Origin: Coriobacteriia bacterium
GTDB taxonomy: Bacteria > Actinomycetota > Coriobacteriia > WRKU01
Length of the DNA stretch: 37,005 nucleotides
Direction: 5' to 3'
Assembly (NCBI GenBank): GCA_009784095.1
Contig: WRDL01000002.1
Span: 1-37,005 of the forward strand
Shown here: positions 1-8,049 of the stretch, piece by piece
How positions within the stretch are numbered: the first letter of the stretch is position 1
How the letters are laid out: the number at the start of each line of letters is the position of its first letter
Notes under the pieces: generated by a model
Told to the model about the DNA's origin: nothing
What the model saw: the letters and a program-made list of their open reading frames with translations, nothing else
The model's database searches: none
Made by a program: the position numbers and the translations under genes

Positions 1-372
1 CATCTTTCCCGATGTCGCACGTGAGTCGACCACATGGATATTGCGTGTGGGATCTTCAGCCTCCACCATTTCCTTGGCCTGTAGCGCGCTCTCATAGGAA
101 GCGCTCAACTGAGAGGTGATGGTGACGCAGATGGTATTCTTCGCGCGCCGGAAGCTCTCGGCGTAAGTTCCGACCGACGGGCAGGCGCTCGTCGTGGGAC
201 CTTGATACGCTTTCATCTCACTCATCATCTCGTCAACATCGAGATCCTCGTCGTCGACGAACTCCTTCTCCCCCACGATCACGGTCAACGGAGCGATCAC
301 CCAATCGACACCCTCAGGGTCGGTCTTACCCAGTACGTCACATGAACTATCCAATACTATCGTCCAATCCAT
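1..372 (-). CDS. DegV-family (fatty-acid-binding) protein, N-terminal fragment; gene runs off the left window edge
   Basis: Own translation of the minus strand from ATG at 372: MDWTIVLDSSCDVLGKTDPEGVDWVIAPLTVIVGEKEFVDDEDLDVDEMMSEMKAYQGPTTSACPSVGTYAESFRRAKNTICVTITSQLSASYESALQAKEMVEAEDPTRNIHVVDSRATSGKM. It fits the DegV N-terminal pattern (DS-x-CD, PL-x-V, TS-x-PS-x-G, S-x-LS-x-SY). It is absent from the ORF track because it is truncated. Confidence 0.7.
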   Translation of the reverse strand, partial: MDWTIVLDSSCDVLGKTDPEGVDWVIAPLTVIVGEKEFVDDEDLDVDEMMSEMKAYQGPTTSACPSVGTYAESFRRAKNTICVTITSQLSASYESALQAKEMVEAEDPTRNIHVVDSRATSGKM

Positions 373-475
373 AGGATTGTCCTTCCTGTCGCTGTTATCC
401 ACGGGCAGGTCCTCATCTCTGTGGTGGGACACCGCCCGACCGCGATGGTCGAGCGGGCGCAACACCTATCTAGCA

Positions 476-2236
476 CTATACCAATCCTGAAGCCGCTTGC
501 GCGTCTTTTGCTTTTTGCTCGTCCGCTTCGCGAATGGCGCTTCGGCGGATCTTGCCGTTGACCGTCTTGGGAAGCTCGTCGATATAATCGATGACGCGCG
601 GATATTTGTACGGAGCGGTCGTCTTTTTGACGTGGGTCTGAAGTTCTTTGGTGAGTTCCTCGCTGGGATCGAATCCGTCGTTGAGCACGACGGTCGCCTT
701 CACCGCGAACCCGCGCACGGGATCAGGTATACCGGTGACGGCGCATTCCTTGATCGCGTCGTGTTCGAGTAGCACGCTCTCGACCTCGAATGGTCCGATG
801 CGATAACCGCTACTCTTGATGACATCATCGTTGCGACCGACATACCAGTAGTACCCGTCCTCGTCGACCCATGCCAGGTCGCCGGTGTGGTAGAACCCGT
901 CACGGATCGCTTTCTCGGTACGTTCAGGTTCACGATAATAGCAGGTCATTATGCCTTCAGGCTTACCGGCGCGCACGTCGATGACGATCTCGCCGGTCTG
1001 ACCGCGATTGCAGGGACGTCCGTCCTCGGTATGCAGATCGATCGCCAGATGTGGCGATGGTTTACCCATCGAACCGGGGCGTGGGTTCGAGCCGACCGGA
1101 TTGAAGATCGAGACGACCGTCTCGGTCTGACCGAATCCCTCGAACATCTTCAGCCCGGTCGCTTCTTCCCACATCTCGAAAAGATCGGGATTGAGCGCTT
1201 CACCGGCGGTCGTGGAGTAGACCATCTTGGAAAGATCGTAATTCTCGATGCCGGCGGCTGCCATCAGACGATACATCGTCGGTGGGCAACACAGCGTCGT
1301 GATGCCGTACTTCTCCATAAGCGATAAGATGTCCTCGGCGTTGAAGCGATCGAAGTCGTAGGTGAACACGCACGCCTCCATGAGCCACTGTCCATAGAGC
1401 TTGCCCCAGACCGCTTTGCCCCAACCGGTGTCGGCGATGGTGAAATGAACACCGTCGTCGGAGACCACGTTGTGCCAATGCTTAGCGGTCATCAGATGGG
1501 CGAGTGCGTACGCGCCATCGTGAAGGACCATCTTGGGGTTGCCGGTCGTTCCGCTCGAAAAATACATCAGGAACGGATCATGGACCGAGGTCGGGATACG
1601 GGTAAAATTCTCGTCGGCCTCACGAACTCCCTTGTTGAAGTCGAGCCAACCGGCGCGCTTTGGAGCATCGAGGATGCAGATGTTGTCCGGCCCACTCAGG
1701 TCCGACTGATCGTCGAGTACCAGACCGGCGCCTCCCCCGTTGAGCAGGATCCTATCCTCAAGCGATGGACACTTCTCGACGACATTATCAACGGTCTGCG
1801 CGATGTCTCCGGCGGCTGTGCAGATGATCGCCTTGGTCGAGCTCGCGTTGAGACGATATTCAAGGTCGTGCTCTTTGAGCATGAATGTCGCCGGGATCAT
1901 CACGGCACCGAGCTTGTGCAGCGCGACCGCGATGAACCAGAATTGATAGTGGCGCCGCGCGATGACCATGACCGGATCACCCTTGCCAATGCCGAGCGAC
2001 GCGAGATAGTTCGCCGTCTTGTTCGACCAGATCTTGATGTCCGCGAACGTGAATTTGTGCTCTTCACCTTCAGGATTGACCCAGATCATCGCCAAACGAT
2101 CAGGCTCGGTATCCGCGATGCGGTCGACGACATCGTAGCCGAAGTTGAAACGATCTGGGTAGGTCAGGCTGAAATCTGAGAGAACCCCTTCTGAATCATA
2201 GAGTTCTTGAACGTAGGTCTTGTGTATGTTCTGCAT
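476..2236 (-). CDS. AMP-forming acyl-CoA synthetase, short/medium-chain (ACSM/MacS-like) type, copy 1
   Basis: 586-aa ORF with adenylate-forming motifs YFSSGTTGNPK, GYYWYVGRNDDVIKSSGYRIGPFEVES and PKTVNGKIRR. The N-terminus YPDRFNFGYDVVD is typical of medium-chain acyl-CoA synthetases. RBS GAAGGAG lies upstream of ATG 2236. Full-length paralog of 14635-16311. Confidence 0.85.
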   Translation of the reverse strand: MQNIHKTYVQELYDSEGVLSDFSLTYPDRFNFGYDVVDRIADTEPDRLAMIWVNPEGEEHKFTFADIKIWSNKTANYLASLGIGKGDPVMVIARRHYQFWFIAVALHKLGAVMIPATFMLKEHDLEYRLNASSTKAIICTAAGDIAQTVDNVVEKCPSLEDRILLNGGGAGLVLDDQSDLSGPDNICILDAPKRAGWLDFNKGVREADENFTRIPTSVHDPFLMYFSSGTTGNPKMVLHDGAYALAHLMTAKHWHNVVSDDGVHFTIADTGWGKAVWGKLYGQWLMEACVFTYDFDRFNAEDILSLMEKYGITTLCCPPTMYRLMAAAGIENYDLSKMVYSTTAGEALNPDLFEMWEEATGLKMFEGFGQTETVVSIFNPVGSNPRPGSMGKPSPHLAIDLHTEDGRPCNRGQTGEIVIDVRAGKPEGIMTCYYREPERTEKAIRDGFYHTGDLAWVDEDGYYWYVGRNDDVIKSSGYRIGPFEVESVLLEHDAIKECAVTGIPDPVRGFAVKATVVLNDGFDPSEELTKELQTHVKKTTAPYKYPRVIDYIDELPKTVNGKIRRSAIREADEQKAKDAQAASGLV

Positions 2237-2242
2237 GAGTGG

Positions 2243-2833
2243 TTATACTCCTTCAACATCTTTGGGATCTTTGAGGACCACCGCAAGAAACGTGCAGGGG
2301 CCTCCACCGATGGCGATCATGCCATGGTCGCGGTAACTGTCATAGAGGACCGTGTCTCCCGGACCCAGATCCTCGGTGTGGTTCTCATAGGCAAATCTCA
2401 TCCGCCCGCTGATGATGTAATTGAACTCCTGGCCGGCATGGGACTGCATCTTGATCGGCGCGTTCTGCTCGCTCTCGCGATACGGCGCGGTGACCAAGAA
2501 CGGCTCGGCGAGCTTGTTCTTGAACTCGGGAGCGAGATGAAGGTATTTGAAGCCCTCGTCGCGCTTGATCTCGAGACCTTCGCCTTTGCGCATGACCGAG
2601 TAACCAGTCAGGTGAGGACCTTCGCCGGTAAGCAGATCGATCATGTCGACGCCGAGTTTCTCTGCGGTACGGTACAGAAAAGTGAAACTGAAGTCGTAGT
2701 TTCCCGCTTCAGCATCGAGGTATTTCGCCTCGTCAATACCGATGGCGCTTGCCATATCGGCAGGCGAAAACCCCATATCCTCGCGGAGCGAAAAAATACG
2801 CGTTGCGATCTGTTGAATCGTTGGTTTGTCCAT
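2243..2833 (-). CDS. XRE-family HTH transcriptional regulator with C-terminal cupin domain, copy 1
   Basis: The track ORF is 2243-2944. I trimmed the start to ATG 2833 (MDKPTIQQIA...), which is preceded by AAAGGTGA. N-terminal HTH region, C-terminal cupin-like segment HAGQEFNYIISGRMRF...GDTVLYDS..DHG. The stop lies 6 nt before the synthetase start. Paralog of 16373-16927. Confidence 0.8.
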   Translation of the reverse strand: MDKPTIQQIATRIFSLREDMGFSPADMASAIGIDEAKYLDAEAGNYDFSFTFLYRTAEKLGVDMIDLLTGEGPHLTGYSVMRKGEGLEIKRDEGFKYLHLAPEFKNKLAEPFLVTAPYRESEQNAPIKMQSHAGQEFNYIISGRMRFAYENHTEDLGPGDTVLYDSYRDHGMIAIGGGPCTFLAVVLKDPKDVEGV

Positions 2834-2885
2834 CGTTTCACCTTTCACTACGATTTTCATGTGCATACCAGCATACCGCAAGTTG

Positions 2886-2976
2886 GGACCGTAGGGTCGG
2901 TTCCTTTTGCCCCATTTGGATAGAGGAGTGGATACCTTGGGCACAAAGGGGACAAAAGGAACCGACCTTACGGTCC
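2886..2976. repeat. Long imperfect inverted repeat (REP-like hairpin element) carrying the core GTAGGGTCGGTTCCTTT
   Basis: Left arm 2886-2913 is GGACCGTAGGGTCGGTTCCTTTTGCCCC. Right arm 2948-2976 is GGGGACAAAAGGAACCGACCTTACGGTCC. They are reverse complements apart from 1 indel and 1 mismatch. The 17-nt core 2891-2907 is identical to 21410-21426. Confidence 0.85.
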
Positions 2977-3018
2977 TAGGATATTAAGACACCCCGGCCG
3001 TCACAGTTGTGAACATTT

Positions 3019-3040
3019 CGATATGCGATTGCGCATATCG
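3019..3040. promoter_or_regulatory. Perfect 9-4-9 palindrome CGATATGCG-ATTG-CGCATATCG; candidate operator
   Basis: Read directly from the divergent intergenic region between the regulator (start 2833) and the plus-strand gene at 3134. No binding protein is known. Confidence 0.25.
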
Positions 3041-3133
3041 TGTGGAGGGACGTTCTGCGCGTTATGGCGCGGATACTCAATGGTATGCTTTGTATGTTAA
3101 GCGTTATATATTGAACTTTGAGAGGAGGGTATT

Positions 3134-3484
3134 ATGTCAGAGAGTACAAAGTATGGTGACTATATCCGTGAGAAGGGACCCGATGTCGTCGACAAACTCG
3201 GTGCCGCTGCGGATGTAGCTGTCGAGCAGACCACGATTGCGGTCGAGCAGATCAAGGATGCGTCCGTCGAGGCACGCGAGAAGATCGCTACCAAGTTCGC
3301 TGAGGCTGCCCGCAAGGCCGCCGAGCGTGCTGATAAGGCTGCTGCCGAAGCTAACGCTCAGGCTGTTGCAGCTGAAGAAGCAGCGAAAGCCGCGCAGGCA
3401 GCGGTCGCTGAGGAGACGGAAGTCGTGACTGCGGTCGTCGACGAGCCCGTCGAAGAGGCCGAGATAGACGTCGTAGACGAATAA
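3134..3484 (+). CDS. Hypothetical small Ala/Glu-rich protein with an acidic Val/Glu tail
   Basis: 116-aa ORF. Strong RBS GAGAGGAGGG about 6 nt upstream of the ATG, and a canonical terminator downstream. No competing gene on the opposite strand. No family recognised. Confidence 0.75.
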   Translation: MSESTKYGDYIREKGPDVVDKLGAAADVAVEQTTIAVEQIKDASVEAREKIATKFAEAARKAAERADKAAAEANAQAVAAEEAAKAAQAAVAEETEVVTAVVDEPVEEAEIDVVDE

Positions 3485-3530
3485 ACGACCCGCTTAATTG
3501 AGAAAACGGGAGCTTTGACTCCGTTTCGAA

Positions 3531-3557
3531 GCGCCCCCTTATGGGGGCGTTTTTTTG
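3531..3557 (+). terminator. Rho-independent terminator
   Basis: GCGCCCCC-TTAT-GGGGGCG followed by TTTTTTT, 47 nt after the stop of 3134-3484. A second hairpin, AAACGG(G)AG-CTTTGA-CTCCGTTT at about 3504-3527, could terminate the convergent comF transcript. Confidence 0.8.
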
Positions 3558-3669
3558 CGCATCGACCGTATTGGGTTATAGGACACAGTGTCCGCTCTCA
3601 TTCGGCTTATACTTACATAGGCACCGACCGCGACTGCCTGCGTATCTACGACTCGGTTCGTCAGCGCAC

Positions 3670-4410
3670 TCACCATGCACGTGCGAGGACGGCGCCGGTC
3701 ACGCTCGCCGCTCCATGCTGACGATATATCGAGGCAGCTCCTTGCATGGTCGCACCGGTGGTAAGCACATCATCGACGATCAGTAGGTGTCTCCCGTTGA
3801 CATCGATGTCGCTATCTATGATCTTGAATGAGTTGCTCATCGCCTCCCGGCGCTGCTCGCGCGAGAGCGTGCGCAGATCCTTTCGCTTTTGACAGACTAG
3901 GTATTGGGTGCACTCGACACCGAGGCGTCGCGCGACGCTTTGGGCGAGGATCATCGCGTGGTCATACCCACGTTGTCGCAAAGCGTGCGTACTCGGAGGG
4001 ATCCATGTCACGAGATCGATACGGTCGCCCTCTGCCATGAACTGAAACGCGCACCGCTGAGCAAGAAGGTCGCCGAGCACTTTACCGAGACGGAGCTCGA
4101 AACCGTCCTTATAGATGACGACCGCTCGTGAGAGCGGACCGTCAAGCTCGCCGAGGCACACGACACGATCGAAGGTGAACTCCTCTCCTTCGCACTCGGT
4201 GCAAATGAGCTCTCCGTAGGGAGCCCCACAGCGCACGCAGGGGTGCATTTTACGATAAAGCCGGATCTCATCGATGCACCGATCGCACAGTACCGATCCG
4301 GGACGTTCACATCCTGCACAGCGCGTCGGCGCAACCAGTTCGAGCAATACCTCTTTAAGGATATTCCAGCCCATAGAGGCGCATGATAGCACGCGACCGT
4401 TAACGATCAC
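3670..4410 (-). CDS. comF: ComF-family protein (zinc-finger N-terminus plus phosphoribosyltransferase domain)
   Basis: 246 aa. Cys pairs CAGC..CDRC and CVRC..CTEC, then the PRTase motif LLIVDDVLTTGATM. GTG start at 4410 is preceded by AGAGGT. An alternative ATG at 4374 has no RBS. Confidence 0.8.
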   Translation of the reverse strand: MIVNGRVLSCASMGWNILKEVLLELVAPTRCAGCERPGSVLCDRCIDEIRLYRKMHPCVRCGAPYGELICTECEGEEFTFDRVVCLGELDGPLSRAVVIYKDGFELRLGKVLGDLLAQRCAFQFMAEGDRIDLVTWIPPSTHALRQRGYDHAMILAQSVARRLGVECTQYLVCQKRKDLRTLSREQRREAMSNSFKIIDSDIDVNGRHLLIVDDVLTTGATMQGAASIYRQHGAASVTGAVLARAW

Positions 4411-4499
4411 TTACCTCTGGATTAACCGGTGCTTAACCGAGTACCCGCAAAGAATCGACCGATCTTGGAACAGGTAGAGCCTTCGCAGTTCGTCCGATC

Positions 4500-5708
4500 C
4501 TATTCGAGCAACGCCTTGATCGCCGCGGTCGGATCTTTCGTTTCGTTGTGAATGACACCGAGCTCGGTGATATAGGCGGTCACGTTCGCCGCAGGAGTCA
4601 CATCGAATGCCGGGTTGAAGACCATCACCTGCGGCGGGGTCGTCCTGAACCACGCATCGAAACTGTACCCCCCACCCTTGCGATCGAGCGTCATGTGATG
4701 CCCCTTCGACATGGGCAGATCACAGGGTCCTTCGGCGGTCAGCGCATCGAGCGCGCGCGCGGTCCTATCATCGCTTGGATCGAATTTTCCCGAAATGGTC
4801 ACGCCTTCGATCTCGCGTGAGTCGCGCTCCTCGATCTCGACATCACTTCCCCGCTCAAGCGTCAGATCGAATGTCGAGGACGGTGCGGTGACATAGAACG
4901 GGATGTTGTGCTCTTTGGCAAGTACCGAAAGACCGTACGTACCGATCTTGTTGACCACATCACCGTCGGCACAGATCCTGTCAGCACCCAAAATGACCGC
5001 ATCGACCCATCCTTTTGCCATCACATCGGCCGCCATATCATCGGCGATCAATGCAGAGGGAATGCCGACCTGCAAGAGCTCCCAGGCGGTCAGCCGCCCA
5101 CCTTGGTTGAGCGGGCGTGTCTCATCGACCCACACGTGCTCGACCTTACCCTGGTCGTGAGCGGTAAATATCACGCCGAGCGCGGTCCCGAAGAACACGG
5201 TCGCAAGCGAGCCGGTATTACAGTGCGTCAAGAACTTGGTCGGCCCGTCGAACAGCTCGGCGCCGTTTGCGCCCATCGCACGATTAGCCGCTTCGTCCTC
5301 TTGCGCCATCTCATTGGCGCGCTCAACGATAAGCTCATGCAGTTGAACGGGTGTTCTGTCAGGATGCTCTTCGATCAACTCGGCGATCTTCGCGACTCCC
5401 CAGGGAAGGTTTATCGCGGTAGGACGAGCCTGTGAGACTTCACTGGCGACCTCTGTAAAACGTGAGAGGTACTTCTCGCGATCCTCCATGAGCCGACCTT
5501 CTACCTGCGACCACAATGCCATCGCATAGGCGCCCGCAACGCCGAGCGCCGGCGCACCACGTACCGCAAGCGATTTGATAGCGCTGATAAGACCCTCGTA
5601 GGTATTGCAGACCAAGATGTCACCCTGAAGAGGAAGACGGGTCTGATCGATCAGATGGGTCGCCCCATTTTCCCACCAGATGGTTCGCGGGAGATTCTCA
5701 ACGCTCAT
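4500..5708 (-). CDS. mtnA: S-methyl-5-thioribose-1-phosphate isomerase (eIF-2B alpha/beta/delta-like family)
   Basis: Start trimmed to ATG 5708 (MSVENLPRTIWWENG...), preceded by GAAAGG. Motifs RGAPALGVAGAYAMAL, GADRICADGDVVNKIGTY and NPAFDVTP. Carries an extra segment before NPAFDVTP. Confidence 0.75.
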   Translation of the reverse strand: MSVENLPRTIWWENGATHLIDQTRLPLQGDILVCNTYEGLISAIKSLAVRGAPALGVAGAYAMALWSQVEGRLMEDREKYLSRFTEVASEVSQARPTAINLPWGVAKIAELIEEHPDRTPVQLHELIVERANEMAQEDEAANRAMGANGAELFDGPTKFLTHCNTGSLATVFFGTALGVIFTAHDQGKVEHVWVDETRPLNQGGRLTAWELLQVGIPSALIADDMAADVMAKGWVDAVILGADRICADGDVVNKIGTYGLSVLAKEHNIPFYVTAPSSTFDLTLERGSDVEIEERDSREIEGVTISGKFDPSDDRTARALDALTAEGPCDLPMSKGHHMTLDRKGGGYSFDAWFRTTPPQVMVFNPAFDVTPAANVTAYITELGVIHNETKDPTAAIKALLE

Positions 5709-5762
5709 AACAAACCTTTCTCGTGCGTGTGCATGAAACGTTCGCACTCGTTCTCAATGATC

Positions 5763-6701
5763 TTATCGCTCGTGAAGCTGCTTCACACCCTCGCGCACGA
5801 TCGAAAGCGGTAGTGGCTCGCGACGCGTCTTCAGCGCGTGCACCGCCTCGCTCGCCTTTGATGCGATCTCGACCGCTCGACGATATGCCTCTTGATCGTC
5901 GGTGCCGTCGACCAGTCCGATGACGGTCGGACCTGAGCCGGACAGCGCGACCCCGTCAGCCCCGGCTTCCATCAAGATCGTATGGATCTGCTCGAGATCG
6001 ACGATCGAGGCGGAGCGATACGGTTCGTGTAACTTGTCTTTGAGCGCCGCCCCGAAATGCTCGGGGTGACCGGCGACGATACTTGCTGCAAGCAACCCGG
6101 CATGCGCCACGTTGAACGCCGCGTGGCGATGCGGAACATCGTCCGGTAGCATCTTGCGCGACTCGCGGGTCGAGACCTCACCGAGCGCGGGCACGACGAC
6201 CGCTGCCAGACCGTTGGCCGGCTCGAAACGCGCGTGTTGAGGCACATCGTCGCTCATCCAGCAGACGGTGAATCCTCCGAAGAATGCGGGCGCGACGTTG
6301 TCGGGATGTCCCTCGAGCCTCGAGGCGATCTCGAATACCTCCTGATCGCTCAAACGTCGATATCCGGCTTCCTCGGCGATGTCACGCGCGAGCAGCACAC
6401 CGCCCAAACGCGCGGTGCTCGACGAGCCCAACCCGTTACCGGTCGGTATGCGATTCTCGCACCAGACTTCAGCGCTCAGGTCGGCATCGAGAGAGTCGAA
6501 TGTCATTTTCATCGCGCGAGCGACCTGGTTACGCTCGTCCTCGAAAAGGTAGCCTTTCCCCTCCCCCTCGACATGGACGGTCCACGCGTTGGCGCGCTGC
6601 GCCTCGAATTTGTTGAACAAGTCCAACGCGATCCCGAAGGAATCGAAGCCGGGCCCGAGGTTGGCCGAGGTCGCAGGTATTGCATATCCATAGTGTGCCA
6701 T
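5763..6701 (-). CDS. thrB: Homoserine kinase
   Basis: GHMP-kinase motif NRIPTGNGLGSSS and N-terminus MAHYGYAIPATSANLGPGFD. The track ORF extends to 6845 and overlaps hom. ATG 6701 lies 2 nt after the hom stop. Confidence 0.9.
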   Translation of the reverse strand: MAHYGYAIPATSANLGPGFDSFGIALDLFNKFEAQRANAWTVHVEGEGKGYLFEDERNQVARAMKMTFDSLDADLSAEVWCENRIPTGNGLGSSSTARLGGVLLARDIAEEAGYRRLSDQEVFEIASRLEGHPDNVAPAFFGGFTVCWMSDDVPQHARFEPANGLAAVVVPALGEVSTRESRKMLPDDVPHRHAAFNVAHAGLLAASIVAGHPEHFGAALKDKLHEPYRSASIVDLEQIHTILMEAGADGVALSGSGPTVIGLVDGTDDQEAYRRAVEIASKASEAVHALKTRREPLPLSIVREGVKQLHER

Positions 6702-6703
6702 CG

Positions 6704-7990
6704 TTACAGATCCTCTACGCGTATCAGCGAGGCGACCTCGCAGACGATATCGAGCGCCCTGATCTCCTCGAGTGCCGCTTGGATATCCGATTCGCTGGCG
6801 GCATGCGTCACATAAGCGGTCTCGGCAAAGCCCTCCTCCTCGCACATGTGCTGGATGAGTGATTCGATCGAGACATCGTGATCGGCGAATGCGCTCGCCG
6901 TCGTTGCCAGCACACCCGGTTTATCCTCGACGATCATGCGCACGTAGTAGCGCGTCTTCAGTTTCTCGATATCGCGCACCGCCAGATCGTCGACACAGCT
7001 GCATTGCTTGGTGACGTTGTGCGTGATGATGTCGCGTGCGACCTCGATCACGTCGGCGACGACCGCGCTTGCCGCGGCTCCCGCACCGGCGCCCGGACCG
7101 AAGAACATCGTCTCGCCGACCGCGTCGCCGATCACGTATATCGCGTTGTCGACTCCGTTGACGTGAGCGAGCGGGTGTATTTTCGGGATCATCGTTGGGT
7201 GCACACGCATATCGATACCCTCGGGAGTGCGCGTGGCAATCGCGAGCAGTTTGATCGCGTATCCGTACTCATCGGCATAGGCGATATCGGCAGCGTCGAT
7301 GGTGCGGATGCCCGCGGTGAAGACCTGATCCATCGTCAGCGTGGTGTTGAACGCGATCGAAGCGAGAATAGCGATCTTTGCCGCTGCATCGCCACCGTCG
7401 ACATCCGCGCTCGGGTCCGCTTCGGCATAGCCGAGCTCTTGTGCTTGGGAAAGCGCCTCGTCGTAGGACAGGCCATCGTGCGCCATCGCGGTCAGGATAT
7501 AGTTGGTCGTACCGTTGACGATCCCCATGACTTGGGAGATCTCGTTGGCGACCAGCGAACGCTTGAGCGGCCCGATGATCGGGATACCGCCACCGACGCT
7601 CGCCTCGAAGCGTACGTTGACCCCACGCTCCTCAGCCAACTTGAGCAGTTCGTGCCCTGCGGTCGCCATGATCGCCTTGTTCGCGGTCACCAGATGCTTG
7701 CCGGCCTCCAGTGCCGCCCGGCATATCTCCAGCGCGATCCCCGTCCCACCGACGAGCTCGATGATGATATCGAGATCGGGATCGGCGACCACTTCGAAAG
7801 CGTCGGTCGTGCACTTGTCGGGGTCAAGCCCCAGCTGGGCGAAACGTTCCTCGTTGCGATCGGCGAATCGTGCGAGCGTGACGTCGACTCCCGCCCGCGC
7901 TTTGAAGTCCTCGGTATGATTGGCCAGTATTTCGACGACACCTCCGCCGACCGTGCCCAACCCTATCAGACCGACCTTGATCTTTTTCAA
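6704..7990 (-). CDS. hom: Homoserine dehydrogenase (with C-terminal ACT domain)
   Basis: 428 aa. Rossmann motif GLIGLGTVGGG and a conserved hom core. TTG start at 7990 is preceded by GAGGAGGAG. Confidence 0.92.
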   Translation of the reverse strand: MKKIKVGLIGLGTVGGGVVEILANHTEDFKARAGVDVTLARFADRNEERFAQLGLDPDKCTTDAFEVVADPDLDIIIELVGGTGIALEICRAALEAGKHLVTANKAIMATAGHELLKLAEERGVNVRFEASVGGGIPIIGPLKRSLVANEISQVMGIVNGTTNYILTAMAHDGLSYDEALSQAQELGYAEADPSADVDGGDAAAKIAILASIAFNTTLTMDQVFTAGIRTIDAADIAYADEYGYAIKLLAIATRTPEGIDMRVHPTMIPKIHPLAHVNGVDNAIYVIGDAVGETMFFGPGAGAGAAASAVVADVIEVARDIITHNVTKQCSCVDDLAVRDIEKLKTRYYVRMIVEDKPGVLATTASAFADHDVSIESLIQHMCEEEGFAETAYVTHAASESDIQAALEEIRALDIVCEVASLIRVEDL

Positions 7991-8049
7991 CGGTACTCCT
8001 CCTCGGCTACCTTGATTTGACCATTCATATTATACGAGACGAAAGTGTG

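Noticed and set aside
400-475. A possible relic of the repeat family or a terminator downstream of acyl-CoA synthetase copy 1 (GGGACACCGCCCGACC...GTCGAGCGGGCG).
   Set aside because: It resembles the family only loosely, sharing the GGGAC start. The stem is short (CGCCCG/CGGGCG) with a 15-nt loop and no U-tract. This is not enough to call it.
3581-3593. Palindrome GGACAC-A-GTGTCC between the terminator and the comF stop.
   Set aside because: It is short (6-1-6) and isolated in a convergent-gene spacer with no promoter context. It is probably fortuitous or a minor hairpin.
4422-4439. Direct repeat TTAACCG-N4-TTAACCG with 11-nt period (includes the palindrome AACCGGTT) upstream of comF.
   Set aside because: It is a short motif occurring twice, with nothing else to support a regulatory role. 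It could easily be chance.
5763-6845. N-terminally extended versions of track ORFs: thrB to 6845, lysA to 9553, rplE to 26434, rpsQ to 27414, rplV to 29231, rpsS to 29574, rplW to 30665, rpsG to 35081, mtnA to 5747, regulator to 2944, amidohydrolase to 37000, surface protein to 21300.
   Set aside because: The extensions overlap the upstream gene or lack an RBS, and they add non-conserved Arg/Ser-rich residues. In each case an internal ATG or GTG with a good Shine-Dalgarno yields the conserved N-terminus.
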